Positions 51,536-64,000 of a stretch of DNA of 64,000 nt are shown one piece after another; positions within the stretch are counted from its first letter, which is position 1; every line of letters starts with the position of its first letter. The position numbers were made by a program, and so were the translations under genes. Origin of the DNA: Octopus vulgaris (Eukaryota). The stretch is from positions 93,062,001 through 93,126,000 of the forward strand of contig OX597822.1 in the NCBI GenBank assembly GCA_951406725.2. Direction: 5' to 3'. A model generated the notes under the pieces. It worked only from the letters and a program-made list of their open reading frames with translations. It did no database searches and was not told where the DNA came from.

Positions 51536-52194
51536 TTGTTGCTGTTGTTAGTCCTGACCGGGCAGATCTCTGGTCGACGGCACTCCGGTCCTGACCATCC
51601 CTGTCTAATATTTAGGATAACATCATCCAATGTTTCTTTCTTTTCGTCCTTTCTTATGATGGCAAGGAGATTTCATTGCTATTTCTAGCAGGTCAACAGG
51701 CCGGCGCCGTTGCATGGTGGCTCTCCCTCTTGAGATCCTATTCTAAAAGTTGAATGACATTTTTTTCTGGAATCGTCGAATGAGAAAGAAAAACTGAGAA
51801 AAAAGTGGTGTGTGTGTGTGTGAGTGTGTGTGTGTGTGTGTGTGTGTTTGTGTGTGTGTGAATAATTACGCAAAATAATATCGACAATAACAAAAAAAAA
51901 TAGAAAAGAAAAACCCCAATTCAATTCGAAACCATTGATTGCATTAATTGTTAATAATCACACGCACACATTCATACACACTCATGCACAAATACACACA
52001 CACTCGCACACGCATACGCACACCACGCAAAAACTGATACACATTCTCATACATAGACTCATAGTTGCTCACGCACGCGCGCACACACAAGCACACATAT
52101 TCACACACACACATACACACATACACACACTCAATAATACATACATACTCACACACATTTACACACCTTCTCTCGCATAAATGCTCACACAGCC

Positions 52195-52226
<32 letters not shown>

Positions 52227-52451
52227 ACGTGTATGCGTACGTGTGTGTGTATGTGTGTATTCCAGCTGGTTCTTTTGTTACGTATGTATAATAAGTCATA
52301 CAAAGAATTGATTAATGGTAAATAGAACATTCCATAGATTCTCAGTACGGGTTTCCTAGCTACAGCACACACGCATATCCACGGATGCACAGAAGGACGA
52401 AATCACATATATGTATGCACACACACACACAAACAAATATACGTATATTCA

Positions 52452-52529
<78 letters not shown>

Positions 52530-53063
52530 GCTATCTATCTATCTATCTATGTGTCTGTCTCTCGGTCTATCTATACAAAGATTTACATATACAGGCGTGG
52601 CTGTATATGACTTTTGACTTAGTTTTGGATCATAAAAGAAATTACTAAGATTTGGGAGTTAAGGCCCCTATTAAGGTGTCTTAGAATCCTCATGTGAAGT
52701 GGAAACTTTGAGAATACTTCTTGGTGTGTGTCAATTACCCATGGTTGAAATTTCATCAACATCGAAAATTTATGAATTTTCATGGGGGGTTCTGCACTCT
52801 TTAAGCCATCTGAAATTCAAACCAAACATATTGCATTATACCCGCCCTTATGCATTGAATCTAAGTTTCAAATACCATAAGGATCCATTCAGTAATTTTG
52901 GTCCATGAAATTGTATGAAACACACGCATCACCCTTCTCCCTAGGCTTTGATTTTGTGTTCCAAATTTCATTATGATCGGTGCAGCAGTTTTTTAATGTA
53001 TAAGTAATACACGAACACATAAAGACATTGTCTTTGATATAATAAATATGAATGTACACATAT

Positions 53064-53151
<88 letters not shown>

Positions 53152-53578
53152 TATATATATATATACACATACAAAGATAAATTGATAGATACAACTGAGT
53201 GGGCGAAAAAATATGAGACACAGCGTAGTGCTTTTTTATTTTGATAAGCCTGGTACTTATCCTATCAGTTTCTTCTTGTGAAACTTATGGGGATGTAAAT
53301 AAACGAACACCAGTTGTGAAGCAGTGATGAGAGAGAAACACAAAGACACACACATAGACTTACATATATATATATATACGATTGATTTCTTTCAGTTTCT
53401 GTCTACAAAATTCACTGACAAGGCTTTGGTTTGTCTGAGGCTATAGCAGAAGACACATGCCAAGTCACCACACAGTGGGACTGAACCCAGGACCATGTAC
53501 TTTGGAACGAAGTTTGTTACCACACAGCCACAGCTGCACCTATGTATGTGTGTGTGTGTTTGTGTGTGTGTATGGGTG

Positions 53579-53609
<31 letters not shown>

Positions 53610-54394
53610 ATATGTGAATATATATGTGTACATATTACATGTACAATATATATATACATCTACACATATACATGTATACATATACATCTATATGTATAGA
53701 AATAAATGCATACATATACATACACATACACACACACACACACATACATAGGTGCAGGTGTGGCTGTGTGGTAACAAACTTCATTCCCAAACACAAGGTC
53801 CTGGGTTTAAATTGAAATTTAAAATAATAAGGGTGAGAAATTGAATATTAATTTGATTAATACGAATTGAAAACCAGTGGTGTAGCATATAAGACCATAG
53901 CGGATCTTCTTCTAGCAAAATGAATGTCCAGTGTTAATGGTTCATACCTCTTATATAATAGTTTGACTTTAATAGTTTCAGTATTAAAGTGAAAGTATTT
54001 GACATTACAATAGAGAGATGTTTTTGTTTCACTTTTAACACGTAATACTGAAATAGTGGAGAAGATATGATATTGCTGTGGGCTCGCCCTAGGCAAGAAG
54101 GTAGAAATTTTTTTGCCCATGACACTACATGGACCCTAAGTAAGGCATGTGTAAAATTTGAATGAAATTGGTTGTGTAGTTCTCAAGTTTTAGGGATTCA
54201 CACACACAGACAGAGAGTCAGACACACACACACTCACATTCTCAGTTTTATATATGTAGATAAACACGCGTACCGAAATGCAATTCGAAAAGCCCGCCTC
54301 TTACATAGATATATAAGTGTAAACAATTTCTATGTACTATGCTGGTGTTCGTCTGGTATGTTGATTTTTGTTTATTCTTATATGTCTTGACTAT

Positions 54395-54457
54395 GCTTGC
54401 ACTGACGAGTAAAAAGTGCATTTTGTGCACTAATTACGAAATCATATGATATGCAGC
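54395..54457 (+). ncRNA. Type I hammerhead ribozyme, third family
   Basis: gcttgca CTGACGA gtaa aa agtgca ttttg tgcact aa ttac GAAA tcatatga TA tgcagc; intact core, G-C closed stem II, palindromic stem III, AUA triplet. Confidence 0.8.
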
Positions 54458-54692
54458 TGTTTTTAGGAGGCTCGCGTCGAGAGTTGCATTCCCTCGCGTT
54501 CGGTACAATGTGATTATTATAGTAGTTTTGACTTTAAGAGTCCCTCCTAGCGTGAGGCATTTATGTATAGTAATGCTCTTAATATAAATAAATATATTTA
54601 TAGGGGAATAATTAATAAATTTTCCCCTTATGAGGTTTTTCACGCTAACTACTTGATAAATTCTTATAAAGATTTTATCCAATATTTAAATT

Positions 54693-54743
<51 letters not shown>

Positions 54744-55021
54744 TGTGTGTGTGTGTGTGTGTAAATTTAAATAATAAGGGTGAAAAATTGAATATTAATT
54801 TGATTAATATCAATTTAAAACCAGTGGCCTAGCATATTGAAAAATCTGAAGATTCAGAAAAATTATATTACATACATATAAGAGGGATGTCCTCTAAGTG
54901 GACATCCATTTCGCTTGAGGTAGACCCCATATTGTCAGACCACTAAGAAAAGATTGTTCTCAAGAAAATTCAGCAAACGCCAGAACGTAAGATAAATGAA
55001 AAGATACAAAATATAAAGATT

Positions 55022-55089
55022 AATCACAAACCCGGTTTCATTGTTACCACTACGTAATACGTAAATGTCCGTAATTCATCAGTGTGATC
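55022..55089 (-). ncRNA. Type I hammerhead ribozyme, fourth family (inverted copy)
   Basis: Minus strand: gatcaca CTGATGA att...aat GAAA ccggg TT tgtgatt. Confidence 0.7.
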
Positions 55090-55356
55090 GTCATAGTAAA
55101 ATATAATTTGCAGAACTATAATTTCTCTGAATCTTCAATTTTTCGCCCCATTATTTAAATTTAAATAATCATGTTCTCTAACCGGCAAGAATGCACTGCA
55201 GAGAATTATTTTCTGCAGAATTATTTCCGATATTTTAGCGCGCCAAAACGAAGACTTTTGAAATATAACCCCAAATGTAATGGGTAGAACTATATACATG
55301 TTCAATCTCATGCAGACCTTCTGTGTATAGTTCTGCAAATTATATTTTGCTATGAT

Positions 55357-55429
55357 GATCATACTGATGAATTGCAGACATTTACATAAGTATTACGTAA
55401 GTGGTAACAATGAAACCGGGTTTGTGATT
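55357..55429 (+). ncRNA. Type I hammerhead ribozyme, fourth family
   Basis: gatcata CTGATGA attg...caat GAAA ccggg TT tgtgatt; 7-bp stem I with wobbles, GUU triplet. Confidence 0.7.
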
Positions 55430-56529
55430 AATATTTTGTCCAATATGTACATATTGTGGATAATGTCTTTCAATGATGATTGAGTTGCTTGAGGGTGATT
55501 CTGTCTCTTAAACCTATCTATATACATGTATATAATACAGTAATTCATTTTAGTACCACTAAATTGAACTTTTCTCCCCTGTGGACTCGGAAATAACTTC
55601 CCTGATATTAATATTAATTATAATAATAATATAATAACTAAAGCTAATTGTTAGTTTCGAACTAACAATTAAACTTGTTATGGAGAACACAGGAAAGATA
55701 GAACCCCTAGACAGGAAATCATCATTGAAAGACGTACCAATATCCCCTACAAAAGAATATAATATTTAGTCCCATATGTACGTATTGTGGATAATGTCAT
55801 TCAATGATGATTGAGTTACTAAAGCTAGAGTAAAGATGATAAGGCCACCAACTAAATCTATTGTTCTCAATGATATATCTATCCTTCTGGATCTTTATAT
55901 AAGCAAGCACACCCCAAGCAAAAATCAGTTAGTCACCACTTCGGTGGCGACTCAACCAAGTAGCCACTTCGGTGACGACGAAGTCTGGTTGACCAGCTAG
56001 AACCTTGGTCAGAGGGAGAAATGAAGTTTACTGTCAGACAACACCCAACACTTCTCTCTAGCTCTAATTCTGTTCTCTTACAGCATCATTCTATCTCTCT
56101 TTCTGTAATTACTACTAAACAATGAATAGGACACAAACACAAACTTTATTTCACATGCTTTTGGATTTATCATAATCTGCCCGTCGAGGCGAGGTATTTG
56201 CAACGTAACGGTAAATAAATATGTCCTTAAAGCTTCATTCATTTTTTATCTTTCACATCTTACAACTTGCTGTTATAACAAATTATTATCGTCACACTAG
56301 CTGACTCCGACAATTTCTTAATAATGTTCACCAATCAATTTCTCCCGCTACAACTGGTGACTCTCGACTTCAGCCAAAAACATTATCGTTACAAAAATAA
56401 ATCCTGCCGCTACATATGTATACATGAAGCTGTTTGAAACGTATGTTTCACGTTACCGATTATTTAAACTTTTGATATAGACAAACGGCAAGGCAATATT
56501 TGAATAAAAATATGAGCAAACATCGAAAT

Positions 56530-56910
56530 GGATGGAAGCACTCCGTCGGTTACGACGATGAGGGTACCGGTTGATCCGAATCAACGGAACGGCCTGCTCG
56601 TGAAATTAACGTGTAAGTGGCTGAGCACTCCACAGACCCGTGTACCCTTAACCTAGTTCTCGGGGATATTCAGCGTGACACAGAGAGTGACAAGGCCGGC
56701 CCCTTGAAATACAGGTACAACAGAAACAGGAAGTAAGAGTGAGAGAAAGTTGTGGTACAGCAGGGATCACCACCATCCCCTGCCGGAGCCTCGTGGAGCT
56801 TTTAGGTGTTTTCGCTCAATAAACACTCACAGCACCCGGTCTGGGAATCGAAACCGCGATCCTATGACCGCGAGTCCGCTGCCCTAACCACTGGGCCATT
56901 GCGCCTCCAC
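56530..56910 (-). mobile_element. tRNA-derived SINE family D, full length with 12-bp TSD
   Basis: Minus head ggcgcaatggcccagtggttagggcagcggactcgcgg...ggtttcgattccc; TSD aaacatcgaaat at 56518-56529 and 56911-56922. A 5' fragment also lies at 44082-44202. Confidence 0.85.
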
Positions 56911-57478
56911 AAACATCGAAATACAATCATTTTTGCCAGCTAAGTGGACTAAAATAAAGTATCTTGCTCATAAGACACAACCCACCGCCGGGAATCGAAC
57001 TCTCGACCTTACTACTGTGAGTCAAATCTCTTAACCACTTAGCCACGCTCCTTCATAGAAATACGCACGCGCCTACGCCATCCTAATATCAAAACATTAT
57101 CCCAGATGTTTTCATAACGAAACGCTGTTTTCATTCTCCTCTTTGCGCTTCCCACACACAAGACCAACTGAACGAAGATGTCGTTGCCAGCAATTAACCA
57201 ATCACTTACGTTCGCTTTTAACTCCGTTTGTTTTCGCTTTTGTTTTAGCAAACAATACGGATTAGACAAACAGACAGACGGACAAACGAACCGTTAATGG
57301 ACATTATTAATCTAAATCTGTGGAAAGAAGTAGATAAAGTCTTAAAACTGATTCGCTGAATGATGGTAGAGGACTTAGAGTTATATAAAGTCCCATAAAG
57401 AGCAGCGTCTATCTTCTTCAGCACAAATATGTGTGTTTGTATATGTGTGTATATGTATTTGTGTGTGGATGTCTGTGC

Positions 57479-57637
<159 letters not shown>

Positions 57638-57856
57638 TAGCTGTGTGGTAAGAAACCTGCTTCCCAACCGCATATTTCTAGGTTCAGTCCCACTGCATAT
57701 CACCTTCAACAAGTATCTTTTATTATAGCTTCAGGTCAATCAAACGCTTGTGAATGGATTTAGTAGACAGAAACTGAAAGAAGCCCGTCGTATCTATCTC
57801 TATATATATCTATCTATCTCTGTCTGTCTGTCTGTCTATCTGTCTGTCTGTCTATT

Positions 57857-57925
<69 letters not shown>

Positions 57926-58597
57926 ATCTATCTATCTATCTATCTGTGTGTGTTTCTGTCTGTGCTTGTCCTCCACCATGGTGCTGGTGTATTTAGGTCC
58001 CCTTAACTTAGCGATCCTGCAAAAGAGAGCGATAAAGTAAGTACTAGGTATACAAAAAAGTCTTGGGGTTGATTTGTTCGACTAGAAGCTTTCAAGGCAG
58101 TGATCCAGCATGGCCGCGGTCAAATGACAGACAAGTAAAATATAAAAAAGATGTCTGTATGTGTGTGTGTGCGTGTAAAACCGTGCTTGTGGTTATATAT
58201 ATATATATATGCACACACACACACACACATAGTTGAAATTTATAGAAAAACAAAAGACAAAGACAGGTATATGAACAACAAGCAAGTATATTAGTTTGAC
58301 TCTCGGGAAAATCAAAAAGACTTTTATGTTTCGAGCCTACACTCGTCAGCAAAGAAAATAAGCAGAGAGGGAATGAAAAAAATTGTAGATTTCAGCTGTC
58401 CAGCATATATGTATAGTTCAAATTTACAGAAAACAAAAGACGCAGACAGGTGTAGGAACATCAAGCAAGTGTATTAGTTTAACGAGGAGACTGGAAAAGT
58501 CTTTTACGTTTCGAGCCTATGCTCTTCAACAGAAAGGAACAAGAAGAAAAAAAAAAAACGAAGAGAGAATAAAAAAAATACAGAGAGAGAGAGAAAG

Positions 58598-58638
<41 letters not shown>

Positions 58639-58668
58639 ATGTGCAGAGTTCAACGGTCCAGCATGACG

Positions 58669-58740
<72 letters not shown>

Positions 58741-58741
58741 G

Positions 58742-58844
<103 letters not shown>

Positions 58845-59058
58845 GTATATATATATATATATATATATGTGTATGTGTGTGTATATATATATATATATAT
58901 ATGCATATATATATATGCATATATATATATATATATGCATATATATATATGCATATATATATATATATGCATATATATATATATGCATATATATATATAT
59001 ATATATATCATATATATATATATATATATGCATATATATATATGCATATATATATATA

Positions 59059-59101
<43 letters not shown>

Positions 59102-59125
59102 ATACATACATGCGGAAGCTCGTCA

Positions 59126-59171
<46 letters not shown>

Positions 59172-60038
59172 TGACGAGCTTCCGCATAGTTTTCAGCTTT
59201 TAAATTCACTCAGAAGGTAGTCAGTCGGCTTGGGAGCTATAGTAGAAGATACTGGTGCAAGATGCTGCACAGTGGGACTGAACCTGGAACCAGGTGGTTG
59301 CAAAGCAAGCTTCTTAACCACACGGCCACCCCTGCACCTATAGCATATTACACTTAGAAGGTTTTGGTTGGTTCAAATATATTGTAGAAGATAATAGCTC
59401 AGCAACGAATCTCGCAGCAAGATGGAGCATGAAACCACGTGATTTAAAACAAACTTCTTAATATTAACTCCGCCTGCATCTTTAATGGCTGGTAAACAAC
59501 CAGGGAGAAAAGCATAGCACAACAATAATAAGCTACAGCAATAACAACGTCTTTCACCACATATCCGAAACGGCTGGTAGGTTCATTGTGAAAAAATTAG
59601 AGTGCTCAGAGCGATTCAGAGCAAGCCCGCTTGCTTACGAAAAACGTGGAATGATGATGAAAATAGGTCAATGTTATGAAGTCAATAATCCAATGATATC
59701 TTGATCGTTGTCAAGCTTTTGTTAAACTAGTCTAAGTTATTAATTTTTTACCAGACAACGCTCCAGAATATTAGCTAGGGTTCGTACACATGCGTACATA
59801 CTCACATGTATCTAGACATCCATAAGTGCATAACAGTATAATCTCAGACAGCATACTTGAACACATACAAACGCATGCATCCGAGCTAAATAAAACAGAC
59901 CACACACACACACACTCTCACGCAGGCGCGAGCGCGCGTACACACACACTCGCACACAATGAAATGCACACACACATATACACACATTCACACACTCACA
60001 TAAAGCAGCACATCTAAAAACACACGCACATGCATGCA

Positions 60039-60081
<43 letters not shown>

Positions 60082-60255
60082 TCACAGTCACATACACACA
60101 TACATATGTGCACAGATTCAAACACACCCACTCGCTGTCACACACGTACGTACATGACCGCAAATCGAAACTGCGTTCTTAAGTTGTGCTATGCAATAAC
60201 CAATTAATTATTTATACACCAACACACAACACTAGCTTAAGAGTGAATAGTATTG

Positions 60256-60316
<61 letters not shown>

Positions 60317-61229
60317 TTCACACAGGTACTAGTGACCAATTTGCTAAATACCAATATTTACGTACGCGGACTTACAATGGTCCTCTATAAAGTCAATACT
60401 CCTCCATTGTTTGTTAAATGTTTCACAAAGTACCAAAGTAAGAATCATAGCAATGCTTTTGCTTTGAAAATGAATGAATGAATAAATAAATAAATAAATG
60501 AAAAAACAAAAACGTAACCTCCTTGGCGGGGGTAAAAAAAAAAAACACAGCCATAGGATTTTAAGAAAAAAAACCCCCTTAAAAACAGGAATCATCTGAA
60601 GCAGTTCACAACCACCAACATCATCAGCAGCATTGTCATTGCTTCCACTTCAACCACAGGCACCGCCATCAATGTTATCATGACGGTTACCTTGACAGTC
60701 ACTTTCGCCACCACAACCAGTATATATTGCTTTTACTACCCACAAGGGGCTAAACACAGAGGGGACAAACAAGGACAGACAAAGGGATTAAATCGATTAC
60801 ATCGACCCCAGTGCGTAACTGGTACTTTATTTATCGACCCCGAAAGGATGAAAGGCAAAGTCGACCTCGGCGGAATTTGAACTCAGAACGAAATACGGCA
60901 GACGAAATACGGCTATGCATTTCGCCCGGCGTGCTAACGATTCTGCCAGCTCGACGCCTTCCACTACAACCAGTATAACCACTACAATACCACCACCACA
61001 CAACTAACACTATCATCAACACCACTATTACCACCATCACCTCAGCATCACACATCACACCGCTCCTGTTGCTATTATAATCCACCGATACTATTTTATC
61101 CTCCTCCCATACATATCTCGACCATCGTCATCATCAACACTGTCCCTAAACAGCAACGCCACCATAGGTTACGTGGAAACGGTGTGTTTTCAAGGGAGGT
61201 AATCAAAGAACGTAACATTGTAATACTTC

Positions 61230-61445
61230 ATGTAAAGTAAATATAACAAAAGAAAAATCCTTCAAAAATCCTTCAAGAATCCATACCAAAATTTCATCAT
61301 ATGTTCCTTGTGTCATTACCAACTTTTGCTGCAAGTTTCATCAAATACCGTTCACAACCTTTTGAGTTATTTTGCACACTGACGGACAGACGGACAAACC
61401 AACGCCGATGAAAACAACATTCTTTCTTGGCGGAGGTAAAAAAAA
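61230..61445. mobile_element. HINE/DINE-1-like (Helentron-associated) element end
   Basis: aagtttcatcaaa...gacggacagacggac microsatellite and terminal ttggcggaggtaaaaa; a similar hairpin end lies at 60515-60540. Confidence 0.55.
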
Positions 61446-61668
61446 AAGATAAGAAAGAGAATCATAGGTGCAGATGTGGCTGTGTGGTAAGAAGCTGGCT
61501 TCCCTACCACATGGTTTCGAGTTCAGTCCCACTGCGTGGCACCATGAGCAAGCATCTTCTACTATAACCTCGGGCCGACCAAAGCCACGTGAGTGAATTT
61601 GGTAGACAGAAACTGAAAGAAGCCCGTCGTATATATGTACACACACACGCACACACACACATACATAC

Positions 61669-61706
<38 letters not shown>

Positions 61707-62039
61707 GTTTGTAGGTATGTATTTGTGTATCTGTCATTGTCCTCCTGCCATCGCTGGACAACAGATGTTGGTTTGTTTACGTCCCCGTAACTTAGCGGTT
61801 CGGCAAAAAAGGCCGATAGAATAAGTACTAGGCTTAAAAAGAATAAGTCCTAGGGTCGATTTCTTCGACTAAAGGCAGTGCTCCAACGTGGCCGCAGTCA
61901 AAATACTGAAACAAGTAAAATAGTAAAAAACATAACATGTATGTATGAGTTCCGTTGACCGGATCAACTTAAACATTGGTCGTCGAAACCGACGGAGAAC
62001 CAGTCAGCGGATGAATATATATGTAGTCGTCTGTTAAAG

Positions 62040-62944
62040 CAGTGGTTCTCAAAGTGGGCGGTACTGCACTCCTGGGGACCGTGGAAAGTTCCAAAGAGGC
62101 ATTGAAGAAAATTGGGGAGATAATGGGGTGGTGAGTCATGTAAAAATTGAGGGGATAATGGGGTCGCAATTCATGTAAAATTGGGCGGGGGGCGGATAAT
62201 GGGTGGCAATTCATGTAAAAATTGGTGGGGATAATGTGGTGGCGATTCATGTAAAAGCAATAAAATAATGGATTCATTAGTTTAAGTTTAATTTATTAAA
62301 TACAATGTAAAGTATAATAGCCATCTTAATATGGCTAACCACAAAGGGTGGCTGTTACTGTAGCTTTTAGCCCCTGAAGATCATCTCCAGGTGGCTATTA
62401 TGCTTTACAATGTCGAGCGGTTACTGTTTACATCTCGTTCAGAGATTTATTATTGCTTGCAGACAGTTTTTCGAAATCAGTGACGGAAGTTACTAGAAAA
62501 ACACTTAAGTATTTGCATACAGGTCTTCCTTTTCATCGTAAACCGGTGATTACCACCCGTTGACAAAAGGCAACTACCTCGAAACTGCGGTCCGTGCGTA
62601 TCACTTAGGCTTACGAGAGAGGGATGACCTCCCTTTGCAAATACCATAAGAGCACAGATAGTGTGCCTAAAGCCAGCTGGAGACGATGATCTTTTGGGGC
62701 TAAAAGCTACAGTAACACCCACTCTTTGTGGTTAGCCATATTGAGATGGCTATTATACTTTACATTGTTGAGCGGTTACTGTTTACATCTCGTTCAGAGA
62801 TTTATTATTGCTTATTAAATACAGTTGCTTTGAATTTGCTTCAGAAAGAGGTCTATGTTTGTGAGGGTTAGTTGGGGGTGGGGTGCTAGGAATTTGGCCT
62901 GGGTGTCAAGGGGGCAATAGCCTGAAAAAGTTTGGGAACCACTG
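62040..62944. mobile_element. hAT-type MITE containing a ~33-bp minisatellite and a nested inverted-repeat element
   Basis: TIRs cagtggttctcaaa / tttgggaaccactg; TSD imperfect. Confidence 0.55.
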
Positions 62945-63690
62945 TAAGTTAAAGTATGGTGTTTTATCCACACATACACATAAACACACTCGTACACAGA
63001 CATACACGCATACACGTCATTCTATTGAAATTTCGAAATTTCGTAGAGTCGTGGCATATTCAATTTGGAAAATAAGATCACATACCCGGCAAAACTTCGA
63101 AGTCACTATTAATAAAATCATAAGTGTTTGACAGACTTCCTACGCAATGTACTGACAGCTCGTTTTTTCCCTTTTCTACACCAGCGTATGTGCGAATGCA
63201 TTTGAGTACATGTATGTGGGTGTAAGCCTGTGTACGTTATGCGTATACCTATTTCTACACTACCCACAAGGGGCTAAACACAGAGAGGACAAACAAGGAC
63301 CGACAAACGGATTAAGTCGATTACATCGGCTCCAGTGCGTAACTGGTACTTAATTTATCGACCCCGAAAGGATGAAAGGCAAAGTCGACCTCGGCGGAAT
63401 TTGAACTCAGAACGCAGCGGCGAACGAAATACCAGAAAGCATTTCGTTCGTCGTGCTAACGTTTCTGCCAGCTCACCGCCTTAGGCCAGCTCGCCGGACA
63501 CTACGAACAAAGAAGAACTCAATACGTAGGTTGAGAACATATTTAATTTGTTGATTCCTATTTCCAACTGATAGCGTTCCGTTATTCAGATACTCATGTT
63601 CTTTGTAGCTTAGCATTCTTCAGACGGGTATGGCTGACGGTACAGGTGCTCTTTATTGTCGGTTTCGTCAACACGGTATTGCTTAATTTA

Positions 63691-63921
63691 AGGCGGCGAG
63701 CTGGCAGAAACGTTAGCACGCCGGGCGAAATGCTTAGCGGTATTTCGTCTGCGTTACGTTGTGAGTTCAAATTCCGCCGAGGTCGACTTTGCCTTTCATC
63801 CTTTCGGGGTCGATAAATTAAGTACCAGTTACGCACTGGGGTCGATGTAATCGACTTAATACCTATGTCTGCCCTTGTTTGTCCCCTCTATGTTTAGCCC
63901 CTTGTGGGTAATAAAGAAATA
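63691..63921 (+). mobile_element. tRNA-derived SINE family A, young copy with 16-bp TSD
   Basis: A-box-like ctggcagaaacgttagc, B-box-like gagttcaaattcc; TSD ggtattgcttaattta at 63675-63690 and 63922-63937. Other copies lie near 412-640, 670-885, 10888-11111, 13265-13470, 29243-29452 (+) and 5098-5327, 23167-23375, 60730-60960, 63249-63484 (-). Confidence 0.9.
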
Positions 63922-64000
63922 GGTATTGCTTAATTTAGGTTCGTTTTGCGCAAGGAATGTTAAAGATGTAGTGTTTCACAATATCGACACCAACAGACTA

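Noticed and set aside
51145-51630. Poly-His/Gly/Val ORFs
   Set aside because: (GGT)n microsatellite with no splice or coding context.
56835-56910. tRNA gene
   Set aside because: The tRNA-like head continues into a SINE body bounded by a TSD, with no proper acceptor stem; the same applies to the other A/B-box hits.

Overview
AT-rich, microsatellite-dense eukaryotic DNA whose SINE repertoire looks like an Octopus genome (organism is inferred). The + strand (about 1.1-26.1 kb) carries the last ~14 coding exons of a pericentrin/AKAP9-family gene with a clear PACT domain. The - strand carries one 1.9-kb terminal exon (42047-43936) of an uncharacterised coiled-coil protein ending in an SxIP-type motif. 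The rest is mostly repeats: tRNA-derived SINEs, RTE/CR1 LINE ends, Tc1/mariner and hAT MITEs, Helitron-type elements and a decayed Penelope-like retroelement (32.3-36 kb). The main unexplained signal is a cluster of Type I hammerhead ribozyme motifs at 46.7-55.4 kb. They fall into four unrelated non-coding element families, mostly beside (TA)n tracts, and share a long stem II and a palindromic or near-palindromic stem III. The best example is a 491-nt structured unit present as three tandem copies plus an inverted partial copy (47663-49377), a retrozyme/Penelope-pLTR-like arrangement. All calls were made by eye, with no searches or folding programs run.
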